Source: a virus (lineage: Duplodnaviria; Caudoviricetes). From it: a stretch of DNA of 64,000 bases. Made by a program: the position numbers and the translations under genes. The notes below the pieces were generated by a model, which was given only the letters and a program-made list of their open reading frames with translations, made no database searches and had not been told where the DNA came from. Positions 1-9,923 of this stretch are shown here, one piece after another. How positions within the stretch are numbered: position 1 is the first letter of the stretch; each line of letters begins with the position of its first letter. The stretch spans positions 10,576 through 74,575 of IMG/VR virus record IMGVR_UViG_3300020308_000002; one strand, written 5' to 3'.

Positions 1-341
1 ATCATGGAAGGAGTTGCTAATTGACGACTACCTCTCAAGTTTGAGAAAGCGGTAAGCTTGTCAGCAAGAGTAGATTTCTGTCTAAGTTCTGCTTCTTTAA
101 GAGAATTTTTGCTTGCTATTTCTTGACGTTCTATAGCACCTGCTTCCATTAATGCTCTAATTGCTAACTCATTCGAATATTTCTGATTATTTTTCTCGAC
201 ATCTAACATTGCCTCTACAGCCGTATCCCCAGAAGCAATAGTGCTTAAAGCCCTGGTAGACGGATTTGCAGTTCGAGCCCCAACACTAGCTAAGTATTGT
301 TGAGACGCACTAGGGGTAAAGTCCAGTCCTCTAAAAGCCAT
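1..341 (-). CDS. Hypothetical protein, 3'-truncated by the window edge (MAFRGLDFTPSASQQ...)
   Basis: ATG at 341, open frame to base 1; follows the stop of the 347-1207 ORF. Confidence 0.7.
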   Translation of the reverse strand, partial: MAFRGLDFTPSASQQYLASVGARTANPSTRALSTIASGDTAVEAMLDVEKNNQKYSNELAIRALMEAGAIERQEIASKNSLKEAELRQKSTLADKLTAFSNLRGSRQLATPSM

Positions 342-346
342 TTAGG

Positions 347-1207
347 TTATCTCCTAGCTAAAGAACTTTCAATCAATGCATTAGCCACGCTAGCAGCCGT
401 TTGATTAGCATTCAGTGCTGCTTGCAATTCGTTTTGTCTTGATATTTCATCTAACATTCTACCTTGACGATAATCACGAACATATCCATCAGGAAGTAGA
501 ACTTCAGCTAATCCTCTAGCGGCATTTTGTCCTAAGCCTGAACCTATGAAAGCACCTCCAAGACCACCTGCAAGTGTTCCGAAAGGACCAAACGCTGATC
601 CTGCAGCACCACCACCTAAAATAGCTCCTAGCAATCCTCCTCCAGCTCTACCAGTTCCTTCTGCTAAATTGACAACCATAGGATCGTTTTTATCAGCTAA
701 CTCGGCTAACGCATCGGCAACTAATAATACTCCTCCTAGTTTTCCTACACCTCCAATCCTTGGAATTTTTAATTGATTCATCCCCTTAGGCATGACCAAT
801 TTCCCAGTAGCAGGATTAAATCCCATTCCAGCTTTCTGTGCTGCGGCTACATCTACATTGCCCAGTATTAAGCTATTTCCTTTTAAGGCGTTTTGGAACT
901 GATTACTAAAGGCTAATCGATTCATAGGTCCTGCTTGACCTCCTTTCATTCCGAATACACCCTTTGATGCATAAGGTTGATTTGCTTGGATTGCCTTGTT
1001 AACTGCTTTATTGGCAGCATCATCAAGACCACTGGATGTAACGGTAACGTTTCTATTTCTATTTACATTAAATGGCTGACTTCTATTTGTACGACCAACA
1101 GGCTCAATAATAGTTCCTGAATCGTAAGACTGAGTAATCGGAATTGTAGGTGACTGACCGCCGATATTAACCGCCGCCAATAATTTCTGCAATAAATTCT
1201 CTTCCAA
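347..1207 (-). CDS. Probable virion/ejection protein with a glycine-zipper hydrophobic hairpin
   Basis: 286-aa ORF with GGGLLGAILGGGAAGSAFGPFGTLAGGLGGAFIGSGLG; TTG start uncertain. Confidence 0.65.
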   Translation of the reverse strand: MEENLLQKLLAAVNIGGQSPTIPITQSYDSGTIIEPVGRTNRSQPFNVNRNRNVTVTSSGLDDAANKAVNKAIQANQPYASKGVFGMKGGQAGPMNRLAFSNQFQNALKGNSLILGNVDVAAAQKAGMGFNPATGKLVMPKGMNQLKIPRIGGVGKLGGVLLVADALAELADKNDPMVVNLAEGTGRAGGGLLGAILGGGAAGSAFGPFGTLAGGLGGAFIGSGLGQNAARGLAEVLLPDGYVRDYRQGRMLDEISRQNELQAALNANQTAASVANALIESSLARR

Positions 1208-1262
1208 AATTAGTCACACGAATCCTATAACTAGATTCTAATGACTATCAGGAATTGACGTT

Positions 1263-2069
1263 TCAATCTTGCATATAACTCAATTTCTCTGGTTCAACCC
1301 ATGGAACCATATGAGCCATATTTTCCGTGTCCATGTTCAGTTTTTTGCATCGGAAAAAATTAGGGGCATTTTCTCGATTATCTACGCATTCAATCGATGC
1401 ATGAACGTAGTCTGCATTATGTCTCTTCTCAGGTCTTTCTCTCCATTTGCCGTTTACCTTTTCATACCGCTTCTCGTCAAAAGGAACATCATACTTTTCT
1501 ATGTACTGCCAAACATCGTCATGAGTCCAATCACGTAATGGATATAAGAAAGCAGGTCCTTCAGGTAATGTCCTTGCTTCCACCCTTGTACCAGCATCCC
1601 CTCCAAGGATCGGATCTGAATCACAGCGTTTATGTCCAATCCATATTGCATTAAATATTGGTACTTCTATCTTCTCTTGCGTTGGTCTATTCAAAATATC
1701 TAAAGCCGTTACGAAAGGTAAATCATCTACAGGTTCTGTGATACCTGTCGGACACGTTAAAACAGTATTGTTTATCTTGTAATAATTTTGCACTTCAAAT
1801 TCATCCCCACTACGTTGCATCGCCGTGGCGAAAGGGTGCCAAGTGTGAATTAATAACCCCCAGTCTCGAATGATTTGATCATGAAATTCATATTTAAAAG
1901 GTTGCCATAATTCTCTAAAAAATATGACAGGTACACGAATACCATGACGTCTAAGTAAATGTAATAACACCATGCTGTCTTTTCCTCCAGACCATGCAAC
2001 CATGGTTGAAAAGAAATGATTTACTGATGTATCGATAATCTGATCTGTACGTTCTAACTTCGTAAGCAA
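1263..2069 (-). CDS. Phosphoadenosine phosphosulfate (PAPS) reductase family protein
   Basis: PP-loop AWSGGKDS, WIGHKRCDS, and YPLRDWTHDDVWQYI match the family motifs. Confidence 0.85.
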   Translation of the reverse strand: MLTKLERTDQIIDTSVNHFFSTMVAWSGGKDSMVLLHLLRRHGIRVPVIFFRELWQPFKYEFHDQIIRDWGLLIHTWHPFATAMQRSGDEFEVQNYYKINNTVLTCPTGITEPVDDLPFVTALDILNRPTQEKIEVPIFNAIWIGHKRCDSDPILGGDAGTRVEARTLPEGPAFLYPLRDWTHDDVWQYIEKYDVPFDEKRYEKVNGKWRERPEKRHNADYVHASIECVDNRENAPNFFRCKKLNMDTENMAHMVPWVEPEKLSYMQD

Positions 2070-2101
2070 ATGCGTATCCCCAATACGCTTCTCAATATAC
2101 C

Positions 2102-2512
2102 TTAAATTAACGCAGCGCCAATAGTTACCCCAGCTCCAATGATTGCAGAATTTCTTGCTGCTTTAGCTTGCTTAGAGGCAGCTTCTCTAATAGCGTCAGC
2201 TTGAATCTGGGCTGCTTCCTCTGCTGCTTTAATTCCAAGTAGATCTCCTGCGAAAGCCATATTCTTCTGAGCATCCGATGTTATAGGACCTAGTCCTACT
2301 TCTAATCCTTCTTCTCCTCCGCTCATATCAAATCCTTTTCCTACTGAATAAGCAAATGGATCATCTTTTTTGGACTTGAAGAAACCTTTAGAATTTTCAA
2401 AATCCATTGAAAACTGATCAGGATTCGGTCCAGAAAAATCACCACCATCCTTTCCGTAGTTGCCGAAATCTTTAATAGTCCAAATTGAATTAGGGTCTGT
2501 TTTAATTTCCAT
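2102..2512 (-). CDS. Hypothetical protein (probable virion protein)
   Basis: 136-aa ORF, Ala-rich coiled segment and C-terminal hydrophobic tail, in a tightly packed operon. Confidence 0.65.
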   Translation of the reverse strand: MEIKTDPNSIWTIKDFGNYGKDGGDFSGPNPDQFSMDFENSKGFFKSKKDDPFAYSVGKGFDMSGGEEGLEVGLGPITSDAQKNMAFAGDLLGIKAAEEAAQIQADAIREAASKQAKAARNSAIIGAGVTIGAALI

Positions 2513-2515
2513 TAT

Positions 2516-2977
2516 TTAAAACCAGCTTGTGTTTAAACGACCGCCCAAGATTGAGTCGACTGTTGGTTGACTTTGTACTTGACGATAGATAGGGGATTCG
2601 TTTACACCCATATCAGTATCCCAATAGCTCCAAGTCTCATTACCTCCAGTAATTGCAGGATCTTCATACATTGGGTAGTCATAGTCACTATTAGCATAGA
2701 TGTTGCTGGCTTGATTAGCGTTATATGATTTGATACCTGCCCCTGCTAATGCTCCAACACCTCCAATAAGTGAATTAAAAAATGCACCGCTAGCTAATTT
2801 ATCTGCTGCGTCCGTTCTCGCTTCACCAGTTATCTCAGCTAAGTTTGTATTAGCTTTGGCAGCCAACATTTGCCTTGCAAGTTGTGTTCCCATATTTTCG
2901 TCGTAAGCACCAGACATAAGCTTCATAGCTTCGTCATCACTTCTTATTGAGGCAAAGGGTTTAATTCTGTTAAGCAT
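2516..2977 (-). CDS. Hypothetical protein (probable virion protein)
   Basis: 153-aa ORF with a small-residue hydrophobic segment; overlaps the neighbouring gene end. Confidence 0.65.
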   Translation of the reverse strand: MLNRIKPFASIRSDDEAMKLMSGAYDENMGTQLARQMLAAKANTNLAEITGEARTDAADKLASGAFFNSLIGGVGALAGAGIKSYNANQASNIYANSDYDYPMYEDPAITGGNETWSYWDTDMGVNESPIYRQVQSQPTVDSILGGRLNTSWF

Positions 2978-4427
2978 CTACTTCCTCTGGTGTCTTCAAA
3001 GACCTTCTTAAAGATTCTAAAGCCTGTCCAAGAACAGCAGTACTTGCTAATCCTCCAGAACCGTATTGCACTGCAGATAAGAAGGCTTCTCTTTCATTAG
3101 CAGCTTTTCTTGCTTCATTTATTGCTTTCATCTCTGGAATGTTTTCCTGTAAACGAGCCTTTCTTCTTAGCTCTGCTTTTCCTTTAGCTCCTTCGAAATA
3201 TTTATCTTCTGCTTTGTATTGTCCTAATTTATAAGCTAATTTATCAAACTCTTCTTCTTTAGCTGCTAGACGACTTTGAATACCTTGTTGTTTAGAAATA
3301 CCCCCTCTCGGTGCAAGTAATCTCTTTCCTCCTCTTCTTAAGCCATAGCCTGTGCCAACCGCTGCTGCTACCGCTGGCAAGACACCTGTCGCTATAGGGA
3401 TGCTTTTGCCCATGAAGTTAACTTCAGGGCCTTGAATACCATCTACGGTACCTTTCAAAGCACCTAGAAGATTAAAGTCTCCATCGAAAGGATTTAAGTC
3501 TGTTTTTTGGTCAAAGGTATAAGCTTTATATCGTCTATATTCTTCAGGAGAAACGTCTGGTCTTTCCTTAGAAAATTCACTATAGGGAAGGAGTCTGCCT
3601 GAGCGTCCTAGGAAGTATCTACTTAATAATTCAGCAGCAGGAGCATCACTCTTACGAGGATCATCTTCACTTGGAATAATTGCTTTATAGCCTGGTTGAC
3701 GTCCAATATTTCCGACAGCGATAGAAGTTCCTATTACAGCAGGCATGGTTGCAGCCAATCTGTATCCCCTCGTAGGTAATAATCTTGATTTAATTGTTTT
3801 TTCTTTTCCTACTGGGATGTCAGGCATCATGTCTGTTAAAGGCTTCTCACCCATATGCATACCTTGCAAGGAGCCTAAGGTTGCCACAGCCTGAGGTGCA
3901 TTTAAGAACCACCAAATAGTTCTCAATCCGTCCGTCATAACATCGCCAGCCGCTATACCTGAAGCCTGCAACATACGTGCTCGACGTCCTAGCTTTGTAC
4001 GATCACTAGGAACGGCATCTTCTGCGACTTGGGGCAATCCAAATCTAGATGTCTTAGCAACGGTGTAACCAGGATCAACAGTTTCTCTAGCTATTCGAGG
4101 ATCTAAGTCTCTTTGAACCCTGTATTCTTCTTTTTGAACTTCTGACATTCCCCCTAGAGGAACGGAAGAAATAGCATTAGCAATTTTTCTCTGCCAATTA
4201 GGGGCAGTTTCCATGCGACGTTGGAAATCATTACCCCATGCAGTAGCTCCTACATCCGAAGGAAGTGCTCGTCTTAATGCGTCTAGAGCTGAAGAGCTCA
4301 TAAACATATCTTCGATAGGATCTGCCCTGACAATATCTTCAGGATTGAAGAACCTAGGGTTAGATCTAAACCCTTCTTCGAATATCCTCAAGCCATCTTG
4401 AGGTCTACGTCCTAATCCTTCAACCAT
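2970..4427 (-). CDS. Hypothetical protein (probable internal virion/membrane protein)
   Basis: Long ORF with several Gly/Ala hydrophobic segments; start set at MVEGLGRR (ATG 4427), track ORF opens at 4460. Confidence 0.7.
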   Translation of the reverse strand: MVEGLGRRPQDGLRIFEEGFRSNPRFFNPEDIVRADPIEDMFMSSSALDALRRALPSDVGATAWGNDFQRRMETAPNWQRKIANAISSVPLGGMSEVQKEEYRVQRDLDPRIARETVDPGYTVAKTSRFGLPQVAEDAVPSDRTKLGRRARMLQASGIAAGDVMTDGLRTIWWFLNAPQAVATLGSLQGMHMGEKPLTDMMPDIPVGKEKTIKSRLLPTRGYRLAATMPAVIGTSIAVGNIGRQPGYKAIIPSEDDPRKSDAPAAELLSRYFLGRSGRLLPYSEFSKERPDVSPEEYRRYKAYTFDQKTDLNPFDGDFNLLGALKGTVDGIQGPEVNFMGKSIPIATGVLPAVAAAVGTGYGLRRGGKRLLAPRGGISKQQGIQSRLAAKEEEFDKLAYKLGQYKAEDKYFEGAKGKAELRRKARLQENIPEMKAINEARKAANEREAFLSAVQYGSGGLASTAVLGQALESLRRSLKTPEEVDA

Positions 4428-4977
4428 AATTATCCATAAGGTTAGGAGACAGTCCCGCACCTTCTAAAACAATCTTCAGCAAAGCATCGCTGCGCTCTCG
4501 TTCTTCTTGTCTTATCTGTGCTCTTAGAAGTTCTTCTCCTTCTAGCTGTGCTGTCTCATAAGCCTTATTAGTTAATGGTCTTGGAGCAAGCATTCTGGCA
4601 GGAGCACCAACAGTGAAGTCACCTGCAGTTTGGAGCAAGCCGAGTGCCTGTCCACCCGAAGGCAATTTTAGTAATTTTTTACCAAGTCCTATACCTGCAG
4701 ACTGACCAACCAAAGAAGCAAGAGTACCAATAGTGGCCTCTTCTCCTGCTATCCCTAGTCTGTCCATTGCACTTGTTCCTTCTGGAGCCGTAGCAGCCAT
4801 TAATGCAGGGAAGACCAATACATCAGGTCCCCACCAAACAGCAGTCATCAAGGCTCTCTCCATTGGAGTACCTTTTGGAATCAACTCTTTTCCAAGCTTG
4901 CCAGCATTTCTAGCCAACATACCAGCCCCTTGTTTAATAAAGGGCAGCATTTTTGCTCCTGCTAAAGGTATGCTCAT
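4420..4977 (-). CDS. Hypothetical membrane-associated protein
   Basis: MSIPLAGAK start overlaps the upstream TGA (ATGA coupling); hydrophobic helices. Confidence 0.65.
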   Translation of the reverse strand: MSIPLAGAKMLPFIKQGAGMLARNAGKLGKELIPKGTPMERALMTAVWWGPDVLVFPALMAATAPEGTSAMDRLGIAGEEATIGTLASLVGQSAGIGLGKKLLKLPSGGQALGLLQTAGDFTVGAPARMLAPRPLTNKAYETAQLEGEELLRAQIRQEERERSDALLKIVLEGAGLSPNLMDNYG

Positions 4978-5237
4978 GCGTATGGCCCCATAGGTCCGTA
5001 CTGACCTCTTTGATATTGCTCCATCCACCTTGCTAAGAATTCCTTAGCGGCTGGGTCAGAGGCAGGATTATTAGCTAAATTATCAAATTCTCTTTTATTA
5101 GGTCCTGCAAACTGTTGAAACGCACCTTCTTCATAACCACCTTTTACGGATGTCTCGTCTCTAGCCTTCTTTTGTGCGATAGCACGGTCAATCGCATTAT
5201 TAGTCGTACCTAAGTGATCAGTAAGATTATGCGCCAC
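4974..5237 (-). CDS. Hypothetical protein
   Basis: 87-aa ORF, GTG start, coupled to the downstream gene. Confidence 0.6.
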   Translation of the reverse strand: MAHNLTDHLGTTNNAIDRAIAQKKARDETSVKGGYEEGAFQQFAGPNKREFDNLANNPASDPAAKEFLARWMEQYQRGQYGPMGPYA

Positions 5238-5272
5238 GCTAAGAAGATACCCTTTATTACATATAATAACTG

Positions 5273-6019
5273 CTATTGAACAGTGATAGATCCTTTCATG
5301 CTGGAGTGGTTTTGACAGATGTAATAGTAATCACCAGTTTCCTTGAAAGAAACCATCAACTTATCGGTGTCAACTGCTGTATTGTTATTGTCTATGCGTG
5401 CCCAACCAGGATTAGTTAGACCTGCACCTGTTGTTGCTCCACTGATATTTCCTTTTTTGATGACAAAAGGATGAGTAGAACCAGATTGGTTTTCGATAAT
5501 TAAAAGCTGTCCAGCAGATAACGTTAAATTCGGGTTAGCTTGATCCGTGAGGCCACTACCATTAAATACAAACTGACCACTATCTGCGGTTACAACGTAA
5601 GAGTCTAAAGCGTCAGCAGTGATATCTCCTACTATTACCCACTTGTCGGTCGATATGTTGAATAAATTAACTTTTGAATAAGCAAATGTATTTCTGTAGG
5701 TACCAGTCGAAGACGTGTTAGATGAAGAAGAGAACAGGTTGACTCCACTAGCTACTAAAGTTATTTGATTAGAAGCACCTGATACAAGAGTTATTTGACT
5801 TCCCTGCCTAAATGATCCTGAAGACAAAGTAAATGTGGTATCAACAGTATCAGCAATTAAATAACTTTCTTCGTCATCAGGAGTCAGACTATAAGCTGCA
5901 TCGCTGATTGTCTTAAATTCAGGAGTAGGTAGTACTTTGGTAATACCTTCTATCTTGCGTGCTGCATATAACTTGAATTGAGCAGGATCATACTCTACTT
6001 CTAAAAATCTATTAGGCAT
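5273..6019 (-). CDS. Beta-rich virion protein with a C-terminal cupredoxin/plastocyanin-like domain
   Basis: HPF followed by GDYYYICQNHSSMKGSITV (His/Cys/His/Met type-1 Cu ligand pattern); Ser/Thr-rich N-terminus. Confidence 0.6.
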   Translation of the reverse strand: MPNRFLEVEYDPAQFKLYAARKIEGITKVLPTPEFKTISDAAYSLTPDDEESYLIADTVDTTFTLSSGSFRQGSQITLVSGASNQITLVASGVNLFSSSSNTSSTGTYRNTFAYSKVNLFNISTDKWVIVGDITADALDSYVVTADSGQFVFNGSGLTDQANPNLTLSAGQLLIIENQSGSTHPFVIKKGNISGATTGAGLTNPGWARIDNNNTAVDTDKLMVSFKETGDYYYICQNHSSMKGSITVQ

Positions 6020-6045
6020 GTCTACAAAGAATTGTTAATTTTAGT

Positions 6046-6282
6046 TTACTTAGAAATAACGTTCTTATAAAAATTAGCCTTTCTCACCATCTTGTCAGAA
6101 TATTCGTCTTTATTTTTTAAAATCTTATTAGCAAATTCCAAGCGAGCTTCAGGAGTATCGTCATATCCAGCCTTAGTTGCAGCAGCAGTAAAGGTTCCTC
6201 CTGTACCGCCTTTGCTCATAGGCTTATCCATTTTTTTAAAAGCTTTTTTCAGCTCTTCTCCAGCTTTTCTACTTTTTGTCAT
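6046..6282 (-). CDS. Small basic hypothetical protein
   Basis: 78-aa Lys-rich ORF, ATGA-coupled. Confidence 0.65.
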   Translation of the reverse strand: MTKSRKAGEELKKAFKKMDKPMSKGGTGGTFTAAATKAGYDDTPEARLEFANKILKNKDEYSDKMVRKANFYKNVISK

Positions 6283-6980
6283 GCTTTAAATCTAGCCATA
6301 TCAGCTAAAACTTGATTTCTCATTCTGATACCGAAATCAGAATCTGTAGTAATACTAGTTTTTTCTCCGTCACGACCATAGGTAGCACCTCTATTCAATC
6401 CTCTATTAGGATCAGGGCCACCAGCTATGTTAAAAGATCCTGAATATAAGGATTGCAAGTTAGATGGAACAGAGAATGACATTGCGAATTTCCTTGAGCG
6501 AGGGGAGGAGCTAGAGCTAACGGGTCCTCGAGATCCATCGCTTCTTTCACCTACTCCATGAGTGTTGTAACTATTTTTTCTACTGTGATTGCTATAACCA
6601 AAACCTTCTGCACTAGTAGGGTGTTGTCCTTGAGTAGGGCTAAATCTTGCTGTAATGCCCCTTGCCATTTGACCAAGATGGAAACCTAATCCGGGACCAC
6701 GACTAGCGGCATTTGCTTCTGCTCTAGCTTTTCTTGCAGCATTAACTGCTGCTCCGCCTGAACCCATTTTGTTACCACCTCCCCACTTCTTCCAACTACC
6801 TAATCCATGATCATAATCTTTGAAAGTTTCTTTGAAATCCGAAAAATCTTTGTCGGTAGCAACGCGACTCAGTCTTATAGCGTTGGCAATAATCTTTTCG
6901 GTGTCGTAATTGCCTTTACTATTAGCCTCTGCTATTTGATTAGCGTATCTATTTTCGTAATCAGCTATCGAATACGTCAT
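6279..6980 (-). CDS. Hypothetical protein
   Basis: 233-aa ORF, Gly/Ser/Arg-rich. Confidence 0.65.
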   Translation of the reverse strand: MTYSIADYENRYANQIAEANSKGNYDTEKIIANAIRLSRVATDKDFSDFKETFKDYDHGLGSWKKWGGGNKMGSGGAAVNAARKARAEANAASRGPGLGFHLGQMARGITARFSPTQGQHPTSAEGFGYSNHSRKNSYNTHGVGERSDGSRGPVSSSSSPRSRKFAMSFSVPSNLQSLYSGSFNIAGGPDPNRGLNRGATYGRDGEKTSITTDSDFGIRMRNQVLADMARFKA

Positions 6981-7046
6981 TTCTTCTGCCTTTGGTAAGC
7001 TTGTGCCAACTCTTTAGCGTGCTTGCACTTAGGACAATCAGTTTTG

Positions 7047-7556
7047 TTAGCCATTTTGTTCTTTTAGAATTCCGACAAGGAGCTCTTTAAGCATTTCTTT
7101 GTCTATAGGAGCACCAGGTTGATCTTCTTCGTAGAAGTCTTGCTGCCTACCTGACATGTTAGGAACACCTACGGCATTTAAATTATTAGCCAAGAAAGGA
7201 GCAAGATTAGCACCAGCAATTCCTCCTCCAGCCCCAGCTAAAGCGAGTGAGACAACGTTTGGAGCTACTGCGGTAACTGGGGTTTGAAGATTTGTTGGTA
7301 TCTTTCTTTTTAGATTGGTTCTTAATTGCCTATATTGTGGAGCTCTAATTCTTCTGTTGATATTTGCCGCACCTAATACACCAGCTCCTGCTCCTAACGC
7401 AGCCATGATGGACTCAAGAATCATTCGACCATCAGATTTTTGTAGCTGATTCTCTTGTAAAACATTACCGTAAGCGGATGCACCACCATGCAATGCCATA
7501 CTCGCAGGTACAGCAATAGCAGGTTGAGATATCTGTCGTAGAAGTAATCTATTCAT
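7047..7556 (-). CDS. Hypothetical membrane-associated protein
   Basis: 169 aa with three Gly/Ala hydrophobic segments. Confidence 0.65.
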   Translation of the reverse strand: MNRLLLRQISQPAIAVPASMALHGGASAYGNVLQENQLQKSDGRMILESIMAALGAGAGVLGAANINRRIRAPQYRQLRTNLKRKIPTNLQTPVTAVAPNVVSLALAGAGGGIAGANLAPFLANNLNAVGVPNMSGRQQDFYEEDQPGAPIDKEMLKELLVGILKEQNG

Positions 7557-7770
7557 CTACTAATTCTATAGCCTGAAATTTATTAGTTTTATAAACATAC
7601 TCATGGATCAGCCATGTATGCGTGTTAAAAATTAAAGTTGATAAAATTACGACTCCAACAGGGTCGAAACCTCTCTTATCAGTGATAGCACCAAGAACAG
7701 CATATCCTTGAGCTGTATGCTCCCTCATCTTTTCAGGAGTAATTTCAATTAAATGTTTTTTTCTTGCCAT
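7549..7770 (-). CDS. Small membrane protein
   Basis: 73 aa, TAATG-coupled to the upstream gene, one TM-like segment. Confidence 0.6.
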   Translation of the reverse strand: MARKKHLIEITPEKMREHTAQGYAVLGAITDKRGFDPVGVVILSTLIFNTHTWLIHEYVYKTNKFQAIELVDE

Positions 7771-9923
7771 TAACGACCTCTGATACGACGTAGTTTTTGA
7801 ACAAAGTCCATATCTGAATATTTGTTCAGTAATTCATCAACTTTTGCTTGCCTAACCAAATCAACGTATTCATTGGTTGTAGGTCTCATTCCTGCTGGGA
7901 CGTTGGCCTGACTTACCGAAGGTTTCCTATTTATATTTGCGTCCGGGCTGGGGTTTACAGGAGCGTTCTGGGCTTCAGGAGTGTACAGATTAGGGGCTCC
8001 TGCGGCTCTAGCGTCTCTGACTATTTGAAGCATGCGTTCTTTGAGTCCCATCTTGTCTCTGAACGCATCTCGTTCTAGAGGAAAACGATCTGTCGCTAAA
8101 GGAGAGAAGTTCACTCTTTCTGCACTTCCAAGCATTCGATCTATATCTCTTCCTTCTTGTAACTGATCAAGTAAGTCTTGTAAAGGATTGCCAGTAATAG
8201 TAACCATTGGTTTTCCTTTTTGGTATTGCTTAGCTGGCTTTGTAACTTGCATCAAGCGTTTTTGCATGTCACCCAAGATTGGATCTTGCAATTTGAAGTT
8301 TGAAACTAATTGCATACCAGTTATATCTTCTAATAAGTTATTAATTGTGAGATATCCTTGATTAGTTATGCGACTAGTTCCAAGTCTTACTGTTGTTTCT
8401 CCATCTGACTGACCACGTCCCAAAGGAATTACTCTTTCGTCGTTTAAAAAGAATTGATTAGGAGAATTTTCATATTTACCGGCTCTCACATCCAAATTTG
8501 AGCTTGGAATAGATACTACAGGAGCTAAATTTCCACGAATTATCGCATTAATTGCTTCTCCTAATGTTTGTGCTTGACTTTGAGGTCTACCACTAGTCCT
8601 GTCTGGGACAAAATAAGACAAACCATATTTCTCAGCAATATCAATCGGTAGTCTTGCACTTGGATCAAGCAATTCCAACCTGACTGCTGTTGGGTTAAAG
8701 CGTCTTGTTCCTTTTTGACCAACAGTATATGTAGAAGGCTGCCTGACACCAGTACCCTCGGCAACCATCATTTTTTGTCTGCGTGTTTCTTCAGGCGTTG
8801 ACCCGAGCGGTTCGATTGTCTGAGTTTGCAGATCGTAGAATTCGCCAGCCGGAGCCATCAAAGCAGGTACAACATAAGGACCAACCGCAGTCCGTGACTG
8901 TTTTAGCTTGTCATTAGGGGCTACTCCTATTTTTGCAAGTTGATCATAGTCTTGAACCATCTGAACAGTGGGAACTTCCTTGAATTTCTCGGAATCAGCT
9001 CTTAAATATTTCCCTTCAGGGTCGTCATAAGAAGTCGCCACTCCTGACTCAGGACCAATCTCTCCAGATCTACCTAATCTTGCTAAGACACCTTCGGGGC
9101 GCGTTGATGGATCTTGTATAACTCTTTGATTATCTAATAAATAGTTAACTCCTTCTCCACTTAATTCGGGCATTGCAGACTTTAACTGCTGTGAACGAGT
9201 TTCTGCAGGTCCTACTTGTCTTCCTTCTGCAGCAGATGGACCGTAATCCCAGTTTGCATACCTTTTTATTAGTTCTTCTTGTGGTTTTAAGTCTGTTTTT
9301 TGTTGCAAAGTCTCTTTACGCACGTCTCTCAGAGCTTTTTCCATTCTTGGATCCCTCTGAGTAGGGTATTTTGCTTGTGTTTCTGAGAAAAAGTCTTTAG
9401 TAGGTACAGGTTCCTTGTCAGGTCTGTAAACACCAACCATTTTGTAAGGCATTTGCTTGCCTGTTCTGCCAGAGTATTCGCCTGTGTCTGGAAAATTTCC
9501 CCTTGGAGGGACAGATGGAGAAATTTCGTCAGTTTTTCTAGCAGGGATTGGTGTTAAAACGCCGCCTGCCGTGTTGTTTTCTTTATTAGGTTGAATAATA
9601 CGACCACCCGCACCCCTGTTTGGAGTAAATGCAAAATCTCCAGAAGGTGTTGCACGAGTTTTCTCAGGCATTACATAAGTGCCTGTGTCTGGATTTATAG
9701 TTCTACGAGTATTTTCGGGTTGCTGTTGTTGTGGAGAACCAAATATTAAGCCTTGCCTACCTCTTTTTTCTACTTCGGCTAAATTCTCTGCTGCAGTTTG
9801 TCCTCTATACGGCGCGGCGCTTTCTTCTACTAGCTTTTGCAGGCGTTTGAGTTGATCTCCTTCGGGGCGACGTCTGTCGTCTTTGTCATCCCAGAACCTA
9901 AAGTTGCCGATACCGCCAAGCAT
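7770..9923 (-). CDS. Large Pro/Gln-rich hypothetical protein, first gene of the minus-strand block
   Basis: 717-aa ORF; no recognised domain. Confidence 0.8.
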   Translation of the reverse strand: MLGGIGNFRFWDDKDDRRRPEGDQLKRLQKLVEESAAPYRGQTAAENLAEVEKRGRQGLIFGSPQQQQPENTRRTINPDTGTYVMPEKTRATPSGDFAFTPNRGAGGRIIQPNKENNTAGGVLTPIPARKTDEISPSVPPRGNFPDTGEYSGRTGKQMPYKMVGVYRPDKEPVPTKDFFSETQAKYPTQRDPRMEKALRDVRKETLQQKTDLKPQEELIKRYANWDYGPSAAEGRQVGPAETRSQQLKSAMPELSGEGVNYLLDNQRVIQDPSTRPEGVLARLGRSGEIGPESGVATSYDDPEGKYLRADSEKFKEVPTVQMVQDYDQLAKIGVAPNDKLKQSRTAVGPYVVPALMAPAGEFYDLQTQTIEPLGSTPEETRRQKMMVAEGTGVRQPSTYTVGQKGTRRFNPTAVRLELLDPSARLPIDIAEKYGLSYFVPDRTSGRPQSQAQTLGEAINAIIRGNLAPVVSIPSSNLDVRAGKYENSPNQFFLNDERVIPLGRGQSDGETTVRLGTSRITNQGYLTINNLLEDITGMQLVSNFKLQDPILGDMQKRLMQVTKPAKQYQKGKPMVTITGNPLQDLLDQLQEGRDIDRMLGSAERVNFSPLATDRFPLERDAFRDKMGLKERMLQIVRDARAAGAPNLYTPEAQNAPVNPSPDANINRKPSVSQANVPAGMRPTTNEYVDLVRQAKVDELLNKYSDMDFVQKLRRIRGR

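Noticed and set aside
546-776. Antisense or alternate-frame track ORFs (also 4733-4993, 15949-16296, 39057-39419, 54139-54621, 56173-56409 and similar)
   Set aside because: Shadows of Gly/Ala-rich or repetitive genes on the other strand or frame, with no motifs, start signals or operon coupling, unlike the nested MTase beta frame
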